Assembly: GCA_964291405.2 (NCBI GenBank)
Contig: OZ219926.1
Coordinates: 3,264,001 to 3,328,000 of the forward strand
Length of the DNA: 64,000 nucleotides
Direction: 5' to 3'
From: Thermodesulfobacteriota bacterium
GTDB taxonomy: Bacteria > Desulfobacterota > Binatia > Bin18
Within the stretch, counting starts at the first letter, position 1; each line of letters begins with the position of its first letter. The notes beneath the pieces are model-generated. The model searched no databases and had not been told where the DNA came from. It worked only from the letters and a program-made list of their open reading frames with translations. A program made the position numbers and the translations under genes. Shown here in pieces: positions 58,955-64,000 of this stretch.

Positions 58955-60737
58955 TGCCGCTCGTCTTGTGTATCCCTACCGGAGACAAGGCGTTTAGCTT
59001 TGTCCGTAAACGATTGAGCTGCGTTTCTTCGGATGTATTTTTCATGGCTTCCTGGTAGACGCGGGAGGCGTCTGCGGTGCGTCCGATTTTGGAATATGCA
59101 TCCCCCAGATGTTCAATCAAGGTGGGGTCGGCATCAACCAGTTCCACTGCCCGTTCAAGGTGCTGAATGGCTTCCATATACTCTCCGCGCTGATAATACA
59201 CCCAACCCAGACTATCAATATAAAAGCCGTCGTTGGGTTCGATGGCCAGCGCCCGGAGTATCAGTTGTTCCGCCTCATCCAAATGCACACCCTGCTCTGC
59301 CCAGGTATAGCCCAGGTAGTTCAGCGCCGCGGCATTCTCGGGATTGAGGGCGATGGCTTTCTGCATATGCCGGATGCAGCGCTCCTTTTGCTTGAGTTCG
59401 TCGTATACCGCTCCCAGCGTAAAATGGTACTGATCGTTGTCCGGGGCGATCTCGATGAGGTGCTCAAGGAGTTCGACGGCTTTGGCGTGATTATTGTTTT
59501 CGCGATAGAGGGAGGCGAGAAAACCAATGAGGTCCGCGTCGTCCTCTTTCACGCTGAGAGCCTGTTCTACGGCGGTGATGGCTTGCGCGATATTGCCCTG
59601 GCGTTGGTAGATATAACTCAGGTAGACGCGCGCATCGGCAAAATACTCGTCCTGTCGAGGAATATGTAACAGCTCGACCGTTGCCTTGACGTCCTGGTTG
59701 GCCTCCGTATACACGACACCGAGAAAGTAGCGGGCGCGATGATTCTCAGGCTGGGAGGCTAAGACGAGGTTGAGGGAGGTGGCGGCCTTTTCGTAATCGC
59801 CTTTCTCCCGATAGATCAGGCTGATCTTGAGCCGCGTCTCCTGTGGGTCGGCTTCTATTTTTTCAAGCGCCTGAAACTGGTCCAGCGCGTCGTCAAGCTT
59901 CTTCTGGCCAAGGTAGAAACGGCCGAGCCGCTCCCGCGCCTGCTCACTGCGCGGATTGAGGCTCAGGGCTTTCTCATACACCTCTATGGCTTGGGCGTTT
60001 TTCTTTTGCATTTCATACACGAGGGCAAGATCGAGCAGTACCAGTTCTGACTGCGGATTGATGCTGAGCGCCTCGTGATAATAGGTCTCCGCCTGATCCA
60101 ACTCTTGGGCTGCTGCGTGCGTTTGACCGAGATAATAATAGCCTAGGACCGATTGGGAGTGACGGCTCACCAGCCTTTTGAGCACACCGATCGCTTCTTG
60201 AAATCGCCCTTGCTTGGCATACAGCACGCTGAGGTAGAGATACGGCTCCTGGTCGTCCGAACCGTGGGTCAACAGGGATTCATAGACCTGAGCGGCTTCG
60301 TTTTCCTTGCCGGTCGAGGAGAGCAGGCCGGCGAGGAGGCGCTGGGCGGCAATATTGTCCGGCTCGGCAGCAACGACCTGCTGGCAATGCTCCAGGGCCT
60401 CGGCCAGCTTGCCTTGACGTAAGGCCAAGGTGGCAAGCCGCAGGCGCAGAAACGGGGTGTTCGGGTCGTGAGAGACGGCGTGTTCAAGCTCGGTGAGTGC
60501 GGTGTCATAGTCGCCCGCATTTAAGGCCACCTGGCTTTTGAGAAAGTGCCCGAGGGCCTTGTCTTCAGGGGCGAGGGCGACAGGCGATCCCAGGATGGGT
60601 GGTGTCTGAGTAGATGTGGGAGCGACCGGTGGGGCGACACGCACGGGGGCTGGGACGGGGCGAGCCGTGCTGCACGAGGTAAACGGGATGAGAGAGCAAA
60701 GAAGGAGAGCCCACACGACGAAGGAAGGGGAACGCAT
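58941..60737 (-). CDS. TPR-repeat lipoprotein (PA4667/LbcA-like)
   Basis: Lipobox FTSC after ATG 60737; many TPRs; ALNYLGYTWAE...YIDSLGWVYY...EHLGDAY signature. Confidence 0.88.
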   Translation of the reverse strand: MRSPSFVVWALLLCSLIPFTSCSTARPVPAPVRVAPPVAPTSTQTPPILGSPVALAPEDKALGHFLKSQVALNAGDYDTALTELEHAVSHDPNTPFLRLRLATLALRQGKLAEALEHCQQVVAAEPDNIAAQRLLAGLLSSTGKENEAAQVYESLLTHGSDDQEPYLYLSVLYAKQGRFQEAIGVLKRLVSRHSQSVLGYYYLGQTHAAAQELDQAETYYHEALSINPQSELVLLDLALVYEMQKKNAQAIEVYEKALSLNPRSEQARERLGRFYLGQKKLDDALDQFQALEKIEADPQETRLKISLIYREKGDYEKAATSLNLVLASQPENHRARYFLGVVYTEANQDVKATVELLHIPRQDEYFADARVYLSYIYQRQGNIAQAITAVEQALSVKEDDADLIGFLASLYRENNNHAKAVELLEHLIEIAPDNDQYHFTLGAVYDELKQKERCIRHMQKAIALNPENAAALNYLGYTWAEQGVHLDEAEQLILRALAIEPNDGFYIDSLGWVYYQRGEYMEAIQHLERAVELVDADPTLIEHLGDAYSKIGRTADASRVYQEAMKNTSEETQLNRLRTKLNALSPVGIHKTSGSELQ

Positions 60738-60883
60738 TGACAGAGGGTAGCATGCGCTGAAATTGACCGTCAATCCTGGAATATCGAGTAGGCCGAGCAC
60801 TATCAGAAAAACAAGGCGATCAGGTACTTTCTCCGGCCCGTCCTGCGCGGTATGGCGAAGTCGTGTATGCTGCCGGGTGAGCC

Positions 60884-61837
60884 ATGTCATCTGAATTTTA
60901 TGACTTGTCCCGTTTGTTTGCGTTGCGGGATCGTCTTCAGTCTCTCGATAACGCCGCGCCTCCCGCGGCCTGTCTGCTATCCACACCGCCGCACCCGCCT
61001 CCGCAACGGCTGGGTGTCTTGTGCGGCTCGTTCAATCCTCTCACCCTGGCGCACGTCGTACTCGCGCACCACGCCTGCCGCGCATTCCACCTGGACCAAC
61101 TCTTATATACCGTGGCAAAGGTCACGGTGGATAAGGAACGGGTGACGGGGATGGGTCTGGAGGATCGCCTGTTATTGCTTCTCCTGCACGTCGAGCAGCA
61201 GCAACATCTGGGTGTGACCTTGGTCAACCGCGGGCTCTATTTTGAGCAGGCGCAGGCCTTTCAATCTCTCTTTGACAAGCGGGTCGAGCTGTTTTTTATT
61301 GTGGGCATGGACAAGCTGGTGCAGATTCTGGACGCGCGCTACTACCAGGATCGGGAGGCCGCTCTGGATCAGCTTTTTGCGCTCACCTCTCTTGTCGTTG
61401 CCAACCGAGGCGATATGGCCCGGCGTGCATTTGACGAGTTGTTGCAGCGCCCCGACAACCGGCCGTACCAGGACGCGATTCATTTCCTGCCCCTGCCGGA
61501 ATCCGTTGCCGATCTCTCCTCAACCGCAATACGGAAGACCGTGAGTGAGGCAACGAACCTCTCGGCTCACGTCCCGGCCGAGGTGGCGAGGTTTCTCACT
61601 GAAGCCCGGCCATATGCCGCACCGGGCAGCAACACCGAGGACGGGTCGGAGGATGGGGTCGACGCCTACGCCGTACGTCTGGCATTCTTTGACCGCCTTG
61701 CCGCAGTCCGGGACTGGGCCGAGCGGCACGTGGATTTCCAGCAGTTGCTGACCCAAGCGCTGGCGCCCGACCCACGAGGCCAGGCACTCCGTGGAGCAAC
61801 GACCGGTCAGGCGCTGCAAGCGCTCATAACAGGCTAA
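60884..61837 (+). CDS. NadD/NMNAT-like nucleotidyltransferase with C-terminal extension
   Basis: GSFNPLTLAH (HxGH-like), FIVGMD, LSSTAIR. Confidence 0.75.
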   Translation: MSSEFYDLSRLFALRDRLQSLDNAAPPAACLLSTPPHPPPQRLGVLCGSFNPLTLAHVVLAHHACRAFHLDQLLYTVAKVTVDKERVTGMGLEDRLLLLLLHVEQQQHLGVTLVNRGLYFEQAQAFQSLFDKRVELFFIVGMDKLVQILDARYYQDREAALDQLFALTSLVVANRGDMARRAFDELLQRPDNRPYQDAIHFLPLPESVADLSSTAIRKTVSEATNLSAHVPAEVARFLTEARPYAAPGSNTEDGSEDGVDAYAVRLAFFDRLAAVRDWAERHVDFQQLLTQALAPDPRGQALRGATTGQALQALITG

Positions 61838-61858
61838 CCGGTACTGAAGGAGGAAGGG

Positions 61859-62836
61859 ATGAGCCGTCATCCGATTACCGACTTTTTGCACCACCACTTT
61901 CGGCATTTCAATGCCGCGACCGTTATCGAGGCGGCTACCGCTTATCGCCAGCACCTCGACCGGGGCGGCAAGATGCTGCTGGCTATGGCGGGCGCTATGA
62001 GTACGGCCGAACTCGGCATCTCCCTGGCTGAAATGATCCGCAATGACTGCATTCATGCCATCTCCTGCACGGGTGCGAATCTGGAAGAAGACATTTTTAA
62101 TCTGGTCGCACACGAGCACTATGAGCGGGTGCCGCACTATCGGGATCTGACCCCCCAGGATGAAGAGGGCCTGCTTGACCGGCATATGAATCGCGTCACG
62201 GATACCTGCATCCCCGAGTTCGAGGCCATGCGTCGGGTCGAAGGCGTTCTCCAGGAATTGTGGATGCAGGCCGATCACACCGGCCAAAGGGCTTTCCCGC
62301 ACGAGACGTTCTACGAAATCCTGCGTACCGGCATACTGAAACCCTACTATCAGATTGATCCCAAAGACTCCTGGGTCCATGCCGCCATGGAAAAAGACCT
62401 GCCTATTGTTGCGCCGGGCTGGGAGGATTCAACCTGTGGGAATGTGTACGCCAGCTATTGCATGACCGGCTTGATTAAGAATGTGCATACCGTACGCCAT
62501 GGTGTTGAATACATGACGTTGCTCGCCGACTGGTATAGTACGGTCTCGGACAATCACTCTATCGGATTTTTTCAGATTGGCGGGGGCATTGCCGGAGATT
62601 TTGCCATTTGTGCGGTTCCCATGCTGATCCAGGACATGAAACGCGTCCACACTCCGCTGTGGGGCTATTTTTGCCAGATCAGTGATTCAACGACCAGTTA
62701 TGGTTCCTATTCCGGCGCGGTTCCCAATGAAAAAATTACCTGGGGTAAACTCGGCGTGGATACGCCGCGTTACCTGATTGAGTCGGACGCCTCGATTGTG
62801 GTGCCGCTCATCTTTGCCCAAGTGCTGGAACAGTAA
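61859..62836 (+). CDS. Deoxyhypusine synthase-like protein (probable homospermidine synthase)
   Basis: AGAMS, TGANLEED, IGGGIAGDF, GSYSGA.PNEKITWGK with catalytic Lys, ESDASIVVP. Confidence 0.9.
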   Translation: MSRHPITDFLHHHFRHFNAATVIEAATAYRQHLDRGGKMLLAMAGAMSTAELGISLAEMIRNDCIHAISCTGANLEEDIFNLVAHEHYERVPHYRDLTPQDEEGLLDRHMNRVTDTCIPEFEAMRRVEGVLQELWMQADHTGQRAFPHETFYEILRTGILKPYYQIDPKDSWVHAAMEKDLPIVAPGWEDSTCGNVYASYCMTGLIKNVHTVRHGVEYMTLLADWYSTVSDNHSIGFFQIGGGIAGDFAICAVPMLIQDMKRVHTPLWGYFCQISDSTTSYGSYSGAVPNEKITWGKLGVDTPRYLIESDASIVVPLIFAQVLEQ

Positions 62837-63646
62837 ATGGAAAAAGAGAGAGACCACGCCATTGCGGCCGCGCAGGCCGCGGGAGACATTATCCGTACCA
62901 TCTACGAGACCAACTACACGGTTGAGTACAAAAGGGTCGATAACAGCCCGGTCACGCTTGCCGACCAGGAGGCTAACCAGAAGATCCACGCCATGCTCCA
63001 GGCGGCTTTTCCTGACTATGGCTGGCTGTCTGAAGAGACGGTCGATTCGTCCGCACGGCTCTCCGCCCACCGCGTCTGGGTTGTCGATCCCATGGATGGA
63101 ACCAAGGAGTTCATTCAAAAAATCCCGGAATTTGCCGTCTCTATCGGGCTTATTGAAGCGGGCTGGCCAATTCTCGGCGTGGTCTATAATCCTATCATGG
63201 ACCAGCTCTTCTGGGCGGTCCGCGGACAAGGCGCGTGGTGTGGGACCCGCCCATTGCATGTGCTCGAAACGCCACACCTGGCTGAGGCCACTATTCTCTC
63301 AAGTCGCTCAGAGACGAAACGGGGGGAGTGGAAAGACTTCAGTTCTCTTTTTCGAGCCCGTCCCATGGGGAGCATTGCCTACAAACTGGCGTGCATTGCG
63401 AGTGGTGAGGCCGACGCCTCGTTTACGCTGACGCCCAAGAACGAGTGGGATATTTGTGCGGGAACACTTCTCGTTGAGGAAGCCGGGGGGCAAGTCACGA
63501 CCCTCGGCGGGAAGCCGGTCCGTTTCAATCAACCAACAACGCTCTTACAAGGCTTGGTTGCCAGTAATGGGAGGCTCCACACGCAGCTTTTGAGTCTGGT
63601 GACACCGCGCCTCACCGCTCGACACCATGCCGAGAATCACCAATAG
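62837..63646 (+). CDS. cysQ: 3'(2'),5'-bisphosphate nucleotidase CysQ-like
   Basis: SPVTLAD, WLSEE, WVVDPMDGTKEFI, GSIAYK, EWDICAG. Confidence 0.88.
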   Translation: MEKERDHAIAAAQAAGDIIRTIYETNYTVEYKRVDNSPVTLADQEANQKIHAMLQAAFPDYGWLSEETVDSSARLSAHRVWVVDPMDGTKEFIQKIPEFAVSIGLIEAGWPILGVVYNPIMDQLFWAVRGQGAWCGTRPLHVLETPHLAEATILSSRSETKRGEWKDFSSLFRARPMGSIAYKLACIASGEADASFTLTPKNEWDICAGTLLVEEAGGQVTTLGGKPVRFNQPTTLLQGLVASNGRLHTQLLSLVTPRLTARHHAENHQ

Positions 63647-63700
63647 GTTGACGTAGACTCCGTCCCCCCGTTAGGGTGAAAAAAAGAGGAAAGAAAAATC

Positions 63701-63922
63701 GTGTCTCAGTTTGCCACACTTCTTCGCGCCCGCCCCAATCCCCGTTGCCCCGCGTGTCATAAATGGAACCGTGTCTATGTGACTGGAGGCTCGTTTCTGT
63801 CCGAGTGTGTCCACTGCGGAGCCACCCTGGAGGTTCGTCGTCCGCCAACGTTCTGGGGTGTCATTGCCATTGGCATCAGCGTACTGCTCCTCGCCGCAGC
63901 CATTCCGCTCCTGGCGTGGTAA
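63701..63922 (+). CDS. Small Zn-ribbon protein with C-terminal membrane helix
   Basis: CPAC...CVHC then hydrophobic FWGVIAIGISVLLLAAAIPLLAW; GAGG SD. Confidence 0.65.
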   Translation: MSQFATLLRARPNPRCPACHKWNRVYVTGGSFLSECVHCGATLEVRRPPTFWGVIAIGISVLLLAAAIPLLAW

Positions 63923-63941
63923 GCAGGCGAGAGGAGACACC

Positions 63942-64000
63942 GTGCCTCAAGGGGTGCAATTGGCGCAGATCGAGCGTATTTTCGAAATCCTTGACCGGTT
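63942..64000 (+). CDS. Partial CDS running off the window end
   Basis: GAGGAG SD then GTG 63942, open to the end (VPQGVQLAQIERIFEILDR). Confidence 0.45.
   Translation, partial: MPQGVQLAQIERIFEILDR

Overview
A GC-rich bacterial chromosomal window with no phage, transposase, integrase, rRNA or CRISPR signal. Gene content and order suggest a deltaproteobacterial-like lineage such as Ca. Binatia (inference only). It holds a housekeeping block (ispE, tRNA-Gln, prs, rplY, pth, rpsF, short ssb/priB-like, rpsR, rplI, tRNA-Val, thrS, infC, rpmI, rplT, pheTS, ihfA, merR-like, D,D-carboxypeptidase, lone groEL). A 13-kb co-oriented catabolic run follows (acyl-CoA dehydrogenases, luciferase-like monooxygenases, haloalkane dehalogenase, GST, nitroreductase, SDR), then a higBA plus AT-rich nuclease-like islet, uvrD, argS, dprA-topA-trmFO, a TPR/LolB-like pair and a NadD-like/deoxyhypusine-synthase-like/cysQ operon. 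Strongest oddities: (1) five co-oriented intergenic copies of a 54-bp hairpin with compensatory stem changes; (2) thrS split by a +1 frameshift at CCC-T and preceded by a Thr-rich mini-ORF and a terminator; (3) pheS-pheT inverted in place and of a divergent sequence type; (4) an E. coli-type topA inside dprA-topA-trmFO; (5) a second 45-bp repeat with covarying cGNAg triloop hairpins. Product calls come from motifs recognised by eye; no database searches were run.
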